Source: Bacteroidota bacterium
GTDB lineage: Bacteria > Bacteroidota > Bacteroidia > AKYH767-A > 2013-40CM-41-45
Assembly (NCBI GenBank): GCA_043747595.1
Contig: JAYTOX010000054.1
Coordinates: 3,287-67,286, forward strand
Direction: 5' to 3'
DNA length: 64,000 bases
This document shows, piece by piece, positions 36,760 to 45,763 of this stretch. Each line of letters opens with the position of its first letter. Within the stretch, counting starts at the first letter, position 1. The notes under the pieces are model-generated. The model did no database searches and had not been told where the DNA came from. It saw nothing but the letters and a program-made list of their open reading frames with translations. Position numbers and translations under genes: made by a program.

Positions 36760-37992
36760 ATGGACTACAAAGAAAATTTAAAAGTTGCTTTTCAGTCTGT
36801 GCGCAGTCAGATGCTTCGTACAGTATTAACAGCATTGATTATTGGAATTGGCATCATGGCATTAGTGGGCATACTTACAGCCGTAGATGCAATTAATCAT
36901 TCTATCAGTGAAAACTTTCAGAGTATGGGATCTAATTCATTCACGATACAAAATCGTGGAATGAATATTCGTATTGGCAACAAAGGAAGAAAAGCAAAGA
37001 GATTCAAACCGATTGATTATTATCAGGCGACTCGTTTTTTAAAAGAATATACATTTCCATCAACCGTAAGTATCAGCACTTATGCTTCGCGTGCTTCAAC
37101 AGTTAAGTATAACGTAAAAAAAACCAATCCTAACATAAGTATTTTGGGAGGAAACGAAAACTATCTTTCTACAGCCGGATTTACAATTGACCGTGGAAGA
37201 AATTTTTCGGCACATGAAATTGAAACAGCAGACAATGTGGTAATACTTGGAAAAGATGTAGTAGATAAGCTCTTTACTACAACAGATCCGATCGATAAAA
37301 TTGTAGCGATTGGTAGTCAGAAATACAGAGTCATAGGAACGTTAGAAGCAAAAGGATCGTCAATTGGTTTTGGAGGAGATAGAACATGTTTAATTCCTGT
37401 GTCGAATGTAAAACAAAATTATTATAGACAAGGAATGTCTTTTTCAATTAATGTGAGTGTGAAAGATGTTATTTTAATGGATCATGCCATTGGCGAAGCG
37501 ACGGGATTACTGCGAACAATTCGACAAGTTCATATTGGCGAAGAAGAGAATTTTGAAATTACAAAGAGCGATAGTATTGCCCAATTATTTATTTCACAAA
37601 TTTCATTCTTAAGAATCATTGCAATCGTAATTGCATTTATTACTTTACTAGGAGCATCTATTGGATTAATGAATATTATGCTGGTATCGGTTACAGAGAG
37701 GACACGAGAAATTGGAATTAGAAAAGCATTGGGAGCAACGCCGAAAATAATTAAACGACAATTTCTTTATGAGGCTATTCTGATTTGTCAGATGGGTGGA
37801 GTGATTGGAATCATTCTTGGAATTTCTGCAGGAAATATAATGAGTCTAGTTTTAGATTCAGGTTTTTTCATTCCATGGGATTGGATTCTACTGGCGTTAG
37901 TAATTTGTTTTGTAGTAGGAATAATCAGCGGATTTTATCCGGCATCGAAAGCTTCAAAACTAGATCCGATAGAAGCCCTCCGCTACGAGTAA
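36760..37992 (+). CDS. ABC transporter permease, MacB/FtsX family
   Basis: 410 aa. The layout is an N-terminal TM helix, a periplasmic MacB_PCD-like domain and a C-terminal FtsX 3-TM domain ([15 protein letters not shown]). Confidence 0.88.
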   Translation: MDYKENLKVAFQSVRSQMLRTVLTALIIGIGIMALVGILTAVDAINHSISENFQSMGSNSFTIQNRGMNIRIGNKGRKAKRFKPIDYYQATRFLKEYTFPSTVSISTYASRASTVKYNVKKTNPNISILGGNENYLSTAGFTIDRGRNFSAHEIETADNVVILGKDVVDKLFTTTDPIDKIVAIGSQKYRVIGTLEAKGSSIGFGGDRTCLIPVSNVKQNYYRQGMSFSINVSVKDVILMDHAIGEATGLLRTIRQVHIGEEENFEITKSDSIAQLFISQISFLRIIAIVIAFITLLGASIGLMNIMLVSVTERTREIGIRKALGATPKIIKRQFLYEAILICQMGGVIGIILGISAGNIMSLVLDSGFFIPWDWILLALVICFVVGIISGFYPASKASKLDPIEALRYE

Positions 37993-38072
37993 ATAGAAAT
38001 TATTGCACTACATAAACTTTTTATTGAATCAATTTCATAAAATCACTATCTTGTTCAGAAGTACACATTCAA

Positions 38073-39581
38073 ATGAGACTACGAAATTTACGTTTAAATT
38101 TTAAAATCGCTTTTGCATTTTATTGCTTTGCTTCATTCGTTACAGAAGTAAATGCAATGGTAGCCGATACAGCGTTTATCAAAACGTATGGCGGAATTAA
38201 TTCGGAAGCATTCAAAGATATTGTGCAGATAGCAGATAGTGGATTTCTAATGGCCGGTTATACGAACAGCTATGGCAATGGAAGCAATTCTGTTTATATA
38301 GTACGGGTTAAAAAAAATGGAACACATATTTGGTCAAAAACTGTTGGAGGAGTTGGAACAGATTTTGCGAATTCGATGAGTCAAGACACAAGCGGAAATA
38401 TTTTTATTGCAGGCACTACGAACAGTTATGGTAATGGAGGATATGATGGTTACCTAATAAAAATGGACACAGCCGGCACAATCATTTGGGAAAAAACATT
38501 TGGAGGAGTCGATTGGGATTTTTTGAATAGCGTGAAAGTGATGCCCGATCAAAGTGTTTTATTAGCCGGAGAAAGTTATTCTTTTAGTGGTGGCGGTAGT
38601 GATGCTTGGGTTTTACATTTGAATACAAATGGAGACACTACATGGACACATCATTATGGAAATTTCGGGAACGATGCTTTTAAAGGAATAGAGTTGAGTG
38701 CTACAGCAATTTACTTAACAGGTTACTCAGATAGTACAGATGCATCGAGAAAAGACGGACTCTTAGTTAAGTTAGATTACGATGGAAATTTAATTTATCA
38801 ATTACGAAAAAATAACGAAGGCAACGATTTTTTAAATGGCAGTTTAATAGTACCCAATAACAATTTACTTATTTATGGATCAACCACAGCAATTGATTCT
38901 ACACAATCAGATTATTGGATAGAAGAGTTAGACACAAATGGAGTTTCGCAATGGGTTCAGAACAGTTACTTACCACAAAACGATTACTTCAATAAAATAA
39001 TTTCGATTAGTAACAACCGACTTTTAGCCGTTGGGCAATTAGATCCGAGTGGCTTTGGTAGATCGAGTATGTTTGCGCTTGTAACGAATGCATTTGGGTT
39101 TTACGACGACTCGCATAGTTTTGGGGGACCGAATGACGAAGAAGGCAGTAGTGTGATACGAACATTGGATGGCGGGCTTGCTTTTGTAGGCTACACTACC
39201 AGTTATGGAGTAGCGAATAAAGATGCAATGTTGGTATTGTTGAGATCAGATACCAGTGTTACACCAAATTTAGTTTACAACAATGTTACCTATTTCGAAA
39301 CACTTTCTCCGATTGGCGTAATAGAATTAAATAGTCAGTCTGACATTTCAGTATTTCCGAATCCTGCGTTAAGTACAATTTTTATTCAGTCGAAAGAAAA
39401 CAAGACAATTGACCGAATAGAGTTGACCGATTTAATAGGTAAAATACTTATTGAGAGTACAGACCGAAACGCAGGATTAAAAAAAATCGATGTAACATCC
39501 ATTACAAAAAGTGGAATTTATTTATTAAAAATATTTTCTGCCGGTGAATGGTCTGTGCGTCGAATAGAGATAATTCGATAA
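38073..39581 (+). CDS. Secreted beta-propeller repeat protein with a T9SS C-terminal sorting domain (paralog 1)
   Basis: 502 aa with a signal peptide. The repeated ~50-aa blades carry G(Y/T)TNSYGNG and DxxGxxxW motifs. The CTD is VFPNPALSTIFIQ...LTDLIGKILIE...GIYLLKIFSAGEWSVRRIEIIR. Confidence 0.8.
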   Translation: MRLRNLRLNFKIAFAFYCFASFVTEVNAMVADTAFIKTYGGINSEAFKDIVQIADSGFLMAGYTNSYGNGSNSVYIVRVKKNGTHIWSKTVGGVGTDFANSMSQDTSGNIFIAGTTNSYGNGGYDGYLIKMDTAGTIIWEKTFGGVDWDFLNSVKVMPDQSVLLAGESYSFSGGGSDAWVLHLNTNGDTTWTHHYGNFGNDAFKGIELSATAIYLTGYSDSTDASRKDGLLVKLDYDGNLIYQLRKNNEGNDFLNGSLIVPNNNLLIYGSTTAIDSTQSDYWIEELDTNGVSQWVQNSYLPQNDYFNKIISISNNRLLAVGQLDPSGFGRSSMFALVTNAFGFYDDSHSFGGPNDEEGSSVIRTLDGGLAFVGYTTSYGVANKDAMLVLLRSDTSVTPNLVYNNVTYFETLSPIGVIELNSQSDISVFPNPALSTIFIQSKENKTIDRIELTDLIGKILIESTDRNAGLKKIDVTSITKSGIYLLKIFSAGEWSVRRIEIIR

Positions 39582-39749
39582 AGAATTTCATTTTACATAA
39601 GCATAGGTTTTATAAGAAAGGAGTTGACCAACTTTGAGGTACTTGTAAATCATTCGTCGTTAATTTTTCTATTTCAAAGCAAATAAGGATTGCGTTGATT
39701 CGAAGAAAATTAAAAGCAAAACTTGTGTATCTGGTACAATCAAGTTTGA

Positions 39750-39959
39750 TCTATTGCAGAAACAAATTCAATCATTTCAAAAGAATTCGAAATTCAATAT
39801 CTAAGGCTTTATGATTATTGTGGCAAATTGGCATTTAAGAGGGAAGGGATAAACTCAAAAGAAATTCCTATCCCTTTATTACCAAACGGCTTTTATATTG
39901 GACATTTTGTCAACACCAATGGCGACCTTATAAACAACGCGATTTCAATAGTAAAATGA
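39750..39959 (+). pseudogene. Remnant of a T9SS C-terminal sorting domain (5'-truncated paralog)
   Basis: This is a start-less open frame. It reads SIAETNSIISKEFEIQYLRLYDYCGKLAFKREGINSKEIPIPLLPNGFYIGHFVNTNGDLINNAISIVK*. It keeps the CTD hallmarks (LYD..GK, LPNGFYI, terminal ..IVK), and its TGA overlaps the ATG of the next gene (ATGA). Confidence 0.65.
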
Positions 39960-41356
39960 AATATCTATTCCTCTTCTTATTTATCTTACTTGTTAAAAAA
40001 AGTTCTGGACAGAATTTTTTTGAAAAGAGTTACCTCATTCAAGGAAATAAGCAAGCAGGCGTTTCAATACTAGAAAACAATTCGGTTTTTTACCTGACTT
40101 CTATTTCTGATGATTGTGGCTCATGTGCAAGTTCCGAATGTTTGATTTCCCTAAACGACACAGGAAAAGTGCTGTTCAACAAAGTTTTTTCAAAGGGAAC
40201 AAATGATGAATCAATTGGGAATTTGATCGCAGCCGCTAATTCCTTTTACTTTCCTATTACTTATGATCATTTTAATTTCACTACTGCTAAGAAAGAAATT
40301 TCTCTCACAAAAGTTGATCATTCTGGAAATCTACTCGTCGAAACAATTCTTCGCGACACTTTGATGGATTTACAGTGTGTAAAAATAGTTTGCGACGATT
40401 CATTAAACATATATTGTATTGTAAATACTCCAAACATGGGAGTAAGAATTTACAAAGTAAATTCTTACGGATTGTTACTATGGGAAAAAACAATTGGAAG
40501 TTTTCCTAACATTTCACAAGCCATAGATGTACTCGTAAAAAATAACGAGCTTTTTATTCTTGGTTATGGTATCAATAACACTTTTCTGAAAACAATATTT
40601 TGTAAAGTAGATACTTCAGGATCTCTTCTAACTACCAATGAATATTCCAATCCAGATTCAATAAGAGGAATTTCGCTTAACAGGTCTGGCAATGAGTTTG
40701 TAATCAGCGGACAGCAATTTGATTCAATAGGCAATGCACAAATTACGATTATGACTACAGATTCTAGCGGTCAACCGATAAGTTTGAATCGAATAAATTC
40801 CGTTGACAAAGAATATGTATTCTCGTCCACCGTCGATGATCAATCTAATATTCTACTTACTGGAACTGCTATAGATACTAATCAAGATGCAAATCTTTTA
40901 GTGACTAAAACCAATAGTGTCGGAAACTTAATCTGGAAGAAAAGATTTTGCTTACAAGATAGCTTTGGTTGTTATTCAAGCTTAGGAAGATCGATCGTTG
41001 AAGCTGCTGATCATTCAATAGTTGTTTGTGGACAAGTTGAAAATGTGGCGAACTATCCAAAAATTTATATTGTTAAAATTGATTCAAGTGGATTATTTAA
41101 TTTTGTTTCTGACTTATCTATCATTCAAAATGGCAAACCGTTCGTTAGTTTCAATCTAGTTTCAAAACAAGTTACAATTACAGATTTAAATGAACCTTTT
41201 GAAATTTCCATCTATGATCCACAAGGCCGTTTCATTTTGTCAGAGCACAATGAAACGAAATTCACCTTACCTACTATTTCATCAGCGATTTATTTTTATC
41301 AGATAAGAACAAAGTATAAAATATTTTCCGATAAATTATCAATTGTTGGTGAGTAA
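39956..41356 (+). CDS. Secreted beta-propeller repeat protein with a degenerate T9SS C-terminal domain (paralog 2)
   Basis: 466 aa with signal peptide MKYLFLFLFILLVKKSSGQ. It has repeated GxLLW-type blades. The CTD-like end is ISIYDPQGRFILSE...AIYFYQIRTKYKIFSDKLSIV. Confidence 0.72.
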   Translation: MKYLFLFLFILLVKKSSGQNFFEKSYLIQGNKQAGVSILENNSVFYLTSISDDCGSCASSECLISLNDTGKVLFNKVFSKGTNDESIGNLIAAANSFYFPITYDHFNFTTAKKEISLTKVDHSGNLLVETILRDTLMDLQCVKIVCDDSLNIYCIVNTPNMGVRIYKVNSYGLLLWEKTIGSFPNISQAIDVLVKNNELFILGYGINNTFLKTIFCKVDTSGSLLTTNEYSNPDSIRGISLNRSGNEFVISGQQFDSIGNAQITIMTTDSSGQPISLNRINSVDKEYVFSSTVDDQSNILLTGTAIDTNQDANLLVTKTNSVGNLIWKKRFCLQDSFGCYSSLGRSIVEAADHSIVVCGQVENVANYPKIYIVKIDSSGLFNFVSDLSIIQNGKPFVSFNLVSKQVTITDLNEPFEISIYDPQGRFILSEHNETKFTLPTISSAIYFYQIRTKYKIFSDKLSIVGE

Positions 41357-41823
41357 ACCCGCTAGAGTCGGTCTTCAAATGTATTTGATTCTAATTATTG
41401 TCAACTCTAATTTGTAAATACATAAAATGAAAAGCGAATATTGAGCGAAAATTTACGAGACCTTGTGAATTTGCTTGTTGCTAAGAGGGATTCCACAGGA
41501 GAATTGTTGGCAAAAGTTGAAAGTAATGACAACCTTTCAATTCTCATTTTTAAAATATATTGTACAAATTAATTACAGCAATTTTTACTTGCCCATTTTA
41601 TCTACAGTAATTCATCTGCAACGCCCATAACAACCATTTGTCATTAATTTTTATATCTCAATCCAAATAAATTTTGCGTTGCAATCATTTCCGATTGCTA
41701 TTGGAAATGATGACAATCGGGCTTTTAATTTTTTGGCTAAAAAGGAAATTGCTCTCCTGACATCATTGGTTAAAACTATATCGAGCAGGATTTTCTTTAA
41801 TCCATAATTACCTTTTAACAAAT

Positions 41824-41986
41824 ATTATCAGTCATTAAACACGATGAGCATTTAAATGTGGATGAATATCACACAGCTCAAAACAACGGACGATTCCGAT
41901 AGCTATCTGAACCTTCGAAGCGGCGCAAGGCATTAAAGAAAATTAAAAGCATAACCGGCGGAGCAGAGTTTTGTAGCTGGTACTCC
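41824..41986 (+). repeat. Non-coding repeat element, copy A (GTGGATGAAT core, GGACGA-hairpin-CGAAGCGG, AAAGAAAATTAAAAGCATAACCGG)
   Basis: About 90 percent identical by eye to 44028-44236. No ORF of 60 aa or more lies on either strand in the 782-bp gap. Confidence 0.8.
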
Positions 41987-42110
41987 AAACTCACTAAATC
42001 AATAAACACTTTCCTACTACAAATCAAAATGCCTTCAATTGTCGGTTTTCCGTTTGATCAAAAGAAAATCCTCAATTAACATATAAGTTTGGTGGAGAAA
42101 AATAAATTCA

Positions 42111-42118
42111 TATTTTTG
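42111..42118 (+). promoter_or_regulatory. -7 promoter box TAttTTTG for T9SS paralog 3
   Basis: Exact TAnnTTTG match 21 nt upstream of the ATG at 42139. Confidence 0.4.
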
Positions 42119-42138
42119 ATTGACCAAAATTACAACTT

Positions 42139-43701
42139 ATGAAAACTTTTTTTACTATTCTATTCCTGATACACTCTTTTATATCTTTTTCACAACAACG
42201 CTGGATCAAAAGCTTCCCCGAAAACCTACTTGGAGGAGGGAATGGTAAAACGGTTTGCAGCGACGCTGATCAAAATGTCATTATCGGTGGAACGAATTCA
42301 ACAACAGGAGGAGTATTACTGAAGTACGATGTCGCAGGAAATTTACTCTGGTTCGATTCGTCAACAACAACTTTTATATCAAAAATAATTTGCGTTGGAA
42401 ATAACATTATTGCAACCGGCTCTTCGCTTGCAACCACGGTTCAGGACAGGATGTTTATCGCAAAATGGGACTCCTCAGGAACACTCCTTTGGATATGGCA
42501 AGATACACTCAGCGGAATTAATGATCAGTCATTTGGATTTGACATGATAATAAATAACGATGGAAATATTTTCGCAGTTGGACAACCTGTTTCACACAAT
42601 GGTTTTGTATCAAATATTCTTGCTGTTGGTCTTGATCCTAATGGCAGCTTACTATGGGAAAAAAATTATACAGGAACTGATTATTATTTCCTATTCGATC
42701 AATCAGCAAATAAACTCGCTTCAGATAGTGCCGGAAATATTTATATGAGTTTAGATGAATATATTCCTAGTTACAGAAATGTAAAGTTGAGTAAGTTTAA
42801 TAAAACAACCGGTGATACCATCTGGACGCATACCTATGACAGCGGCCCCGACTCTTATGATGTTGGCCGATTCATTGGGATCTTGAATGGCGGAACACTC
42901 GTAGAGAACAATACTGCATCGAGTACTGCTCCTTATAATTATGCTATAGTTTTTCATTTCGATTTAGCAGGAAATATTGTTGACAGCATTGTGATTCCGG
43001 ATGACTATCCATTTAGTGTTGTAATGGATAGTCATGGCAATATTATTTCAGGGGGACTGATCAATTTCAACGGAAACTATCCCATTCAACTGAGAAAGCA
43101 TTCGTATTCCGGTGCATTTATTGATTCGGCATTGATCTATGGTTATTCTGGAAATATTGGTTTTAAGGATATGACTATCGATGATCAGGATAATATTTAT
43201 CTGGCATTTGAAGATAAAATTTTTTGTGACAGTGCGAATTTTACAGCTGTAAAACTGGATCCTGGCTTTAATCAACTCTGGATTGACTCTATGGATGCGG
43301 GAACAGGAGCTGAGGACTCACCGAACGAAATTTACATCAACTCTCATCATGATATAATTATGACCGGCTTGGGAAATTTTGTTTGTCCAAGCAGCGATCA
43401 AACAATCACTACAGCGTTCTGGTCGGACGCCTTTATTACCGCAACAGATCATAAAATAAATTTATCAGATGCGTTAACTGTCTTTCCTAACCCCACTCGA
43501 GGAAAAATTAATATTGAACTCGGGAAAGATTTTGATCCGCGAACAAAATTAATTATATATGATCTTCTAGGGAATGTAGTTCTTGAAAAAATGTTGAATG
43601 ATAAAGCATGTTCGGTTGAATTAAATCTCAAACCAGGATTGTACTTTATGAATTTTTTATCAAACAGAGACGAGGTTCGAAAAAAAATTGTTGTAGAATA
43701 A
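42139..43701 (+). CDS. Secreted beta-propeller repeat protein with a T9SS C-terminal sorting domain (paralog 3)
   Basis: 520 aa with a signal peptide. Blades carry GNLLWFD, GTLLWIW, GSLLWEKNYTG and GDTIWTHTYDSG. The CTD is LTVFPNPTRGKINIEL...LIIYDLLGNVVLEK...LKPGLYFMNF...RKKIVVE. Confidence 0.82.
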   Translation: MKTFFTILFLIHSFISFSQQRWIKSFPENLLGGGNGKTVCSDADQNVIIGGTNSTTGGVLLKYDVAGNLLWFDSSTTTFISKIICVGNNIIATGSSLATTVQDRMFIAKWDSSGTLLWIWQDTLSGINDQSFGFDMIINNDGNIFAVGQPVSHNGFVSNILAVGLDPNGSLLWEKNYTGTDYYFLFDQSANKLASDSAGNIYMSLDEYIPSYRNVKLSKFNKTTGDTIWTHTYDSGPDSYDVGRFIGILNGGTLVENNTASSTAPYNYAIVFHFDLAGNIVDSIVIPDDYPFSVVMDSHGNIISGGLINFNGNYPIQLRKHSYSGAFIDSALIYGYSGNIGFKDMTIDDQDNIYLAFEDKIFCDSANFTAVKLDPGFNQLWIDSMDAGTGAEDSPNEIYINSHHDIIMTGLGNFVCPSSDQTITTAFWSDAFITATDHKINLSDALTVFPNPTRGKINIELGKDFDPRTKLIIYDLLGNVVLEKMLNDKACSVELNLKPGLYFMNFLSNRDEVRKKIVVE

Positions 43702-44027
43702 AATTAGAATCTATTTTCTTAAAAACTAATAACACTTTAAGCTTGTTATCTGCGTATTATTTAAAAGCATAGATAGTAAGACTAACAATATTGTTTACTT
43801 CATAAAAGCCCAACTTAACGAATCTTCACTGTCAATCCTTTCAAACTTTCGATAGCGATGGAATATCGTGATTCTGCAGGGAATGGGAGAGAAAGGTTCA
43901 AAATGTAAATGAAGCCTAAAACGAAAACAAGTAATTACCTTCACTAATGAATCTAAACAATCCAACCACTACAAAGTAACGAAGTGTGTGGAAGTGTTGG
44001 CTATCGCATAGAAATTTACAAAAAAAA

Positions 44028-44236
44028 CACTATCGGTCATTAAAGACTATGAGCATCTAATTGTGGATGAATATCACACAGCTCAAAACAAGGGACGATT
44101 CCAATAGCTATCGGAACCTTCGAAGCAGCGAGTTTTGAAAAGTGGATCAATCTCTACTAGTATACAACAACGGACGGATGTCCGTCGAAGCGGTGCAAGG
44201 CATTAAAGAAAATTAAAAGCATAACCGGTGCAGCAG
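44028..44236 (+). repeat. Non-coding repeat element, copy B, with an internal duplication of the core unit
   Basis: Same element as 41824-41966, but the GTGGAT...GGACG-hairpin-CGAAGCGG core occurs twice (44063-44130 and 44142-44193). The second core has a perfect ACGGAC/GTCCGT hairpin. Confidence 0.8.
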
Positions 44237-44264
44237 ATAAATCTTTAACCTTCATTATTTGAAA

Positions 44265-44298
44265 TAAAAAAAGCTGTCTCAATGAGACAGCTTTTTTA
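44265..44298. terminator. Bidirectional rho-independent terminator (rplI operon / T9SS paralog 3 side)
   Basis: GCTGTCTC stem, AAT loop, GAGACAGC stem, flanked by A7 and T6. Confidence 0.8.
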
Positions 44299-44331
44299 TT
44301 TGTAGAAAGTAAGTTAACTACTTTCCAAAAG

Positions 44332-44778
44332 TTATTCAGCGATTACTTCGAAGTTCACTTTAGCTTTTACGTCTTTGTGAAGATTCACAATAGCCGTGTA
44401 CATACCAAGTGCTTTGATGTGATCAGCGTCAAGGTGGATCTTTTTACGATCAACAATAACACCGTGCTTAGAAAGGGCATCAGCTAACTGAAGAGCATTA
44501 ACAGATCCGTAGATCTTTCCGCTTTCACCAACTTTAGCACCAAGTTTAATAACCATTGCTTCTAATTGCTTAGCTACCGCTTCTGCATCACCTCTGATTT
44601 TTTGCGCTTTGTGAGCACGTTGTTTCATTGTTTCAGCAAGAACTTTACGGTTCTCTTCATTAGCAATTGTTGCAAGTCCGCGTGGGAAAAGGAAGTTACG
44701 AGCATAACCTGACTTAACCTTCACAATCTCATCTGCATAACCTAAGTTATCCAAATCTTGTTTTAAGATAATTTCCAT
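44332..44778 (-). CDS. rplI: 50S ribosomal protein L9
   Basis: 148 aa. MEIILKQDLDNLGYADEIVKVKSGYARNFLFPRGLA is a typical L9 N-terminus. Confidence 0.95.
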   Translation of the reverse strand: MEIILKQDLDNLGYADEIVKVKSGYARNFLFPRGLATIANEENRKVLAETMKQRAHKAQKIRGDAEAVAKQLEAMVIKLGAKVGESGKIYGSVNALQLADALSKHGVIVDRKKIHLDADHIKALGMYTAIVNLHKDVKAKVNFEVIAE

Positions 44779-44790
44779 AGTTCGTTCTCC

Positions 44791-45057
44791 TTATTTTAAT
44801 AGATCAGATACATACGGCATCAACGCAATGTGACGCGCGCGTTTAATAGCTTGTCCAACTTTACGCTGATACTTCAATGAAGTACCGGTAAGGCGACGTG
44901 GCAATACTTTACCTTGTTCGTTTACAAAACGAAGAAGGAAGTTTCCATCTTTATAGTCGATGTATTTAATTCCGCTTTTTAGAAAACGGCAGTATTTCTT
45001 TTTTGACGTGTCAACCGCGGGTGGGTTGAGGTAACGTACTTCATTTTGTGCGCTCAT
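44791..45057 (-). CDS. rpsR: 30S ribosomal protein S18
   Basis: 88 aa. ...[18 protein letters not shown]...[27 protein letters not shown] is a typical S18 pattern. Confidence 0.95.
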   Translation of the reverse strand: MSAQNEVRYLNPPAVDTSKKKYCRFLKSGIKYIDYKDGNFLLRFVNEQGKVLPRRLTGTSLKYQRKVGQAIKRARHIALMPYVSDLLK

Positions 45058-45072
45058 CTTTTTTCCGTGGTT

Positions 45073-45432
45073 TTAGGCAACTTTTTCTTCTTCTTTTTTC
45101 AATGCAGCGTTCTTCCGCTTTTTCTCATTGTACGCAATTGCGTGTTTATCGAGCTTCACAGTAAGGAAACGCATAATACGTTCGTCACGTCGAAACTCGA
45201 CTTCTACTTTATTAATTAAATCGCCTTGCGCTTTAATTTCTATCAAGTAGTAAAATCCCGTGTTTTTCTTTTGGATCGGGTAAGCCAGCTTGCGTAATCC
45301 CCAGTTGTTCTCATGAACAATTTCGGAACCGTTGTCGGTGAGGATTTTCTTGAATTTGTTGACAGTATCCATCATCTGTTCCTCCGAAAGAACAGGAGTC
45401 ATAATGAACACCATCTCATACTGATTTAACAT
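45073..45432 (-). CDS. rpsF: 30S ribosomal protein S6
   Basis: 119 aa. MLNQYEMVFIMTPVLSEEQ...WGLRKLAYPIQK is a typical S6 pattern. It heads the rpsF-rpsR-rplI operon. Confidence 0.95.
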   Translation of the reverse strand: MLNQYEMVFIMTPVLSEEQMMDTVNKFKKILTDNGSEIVHENNWGLRKLAYPIQKKNTGFYYLIEIKAQGDLINKVEVEFRRDERIMRFLTVKLDKHAIAYNEKKRKNAALKKEEEKVA

Positions 45433-45478
45433 GTTTGTTGTTTTGTTTTTTTAACGGAGATAATTTTTATTTGGGCTG

Positions 45479-45486
45479 CAAATGTA
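45479..45486 (-). promoter_or_regulatory. -7 promoter box (TAcaTTTG on the minus strand) for rpsF-rpsR-rplI
   Basis: Plus-strand CAAATGTA lies 47 nt upstream of the rpsF ATG. Confidence 0.45.
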
Positions 45487-45621
45487 GATAATTTTCAGAT
45501 AAATACAAGCCGAATACAGGAAATCGACGAACTATTTTCTCCACCAAAAAATAATCGGAAAAAAGATCAAGAAAACTGTTAATTAATGTGTTGCTCCTCT
45601 TGACATCAGCCTACTTTAGGT

Positions 45622-45629
45622 TATCTTTG
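45622..45629 (+). promoter_or_regulatory. -7 promoter box TAtcTTTG for paaZ (long leader)
   Basis: Exact TAnnTTTG match 135 nt upstream of the ATG at 45764. The leader contains direct repeats and a hairpin; see the finding. Confidence 0.35.
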
Positions 45630-45763
45630 ACCACGCTATTTTCAGTCCTATTTATCGACGACCACATTCAGTAACTAATTGAGAGTGAATAGTTGGTCAA
45701 TTAACTCCGACAACCGAAAGGCTTGTCGGGAATGGCTGTTTCAGCCCTATTTATTGAAAAACA

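Noticed and set aside
41426-41572. Possible decayed propeller blade (start-less frame ...LVAKRDSTGELLAKVESNDNLSILIFKIYCTN*) after T9SS paralog 2
   Set aside because: It contains only a single D-S-T-G-E-L-L motif resembling the blade consensus. It is too short and too weak to call a pseudogene without an alignment score.
41858-41866. DnaA boxes / replication origin: the most conserved core of the dispersed element, TGTGGATGA, is one mismatch from the DnaA box complement TGTGGATAA
   Set aside because: The copies are scattered over 10 kb rather than clustered. I saw no perfect TTATCCACA, no adjacent DUE-like 13-mers, and no dnaA or dnaN nearby. The resemblance is probably coincidental.
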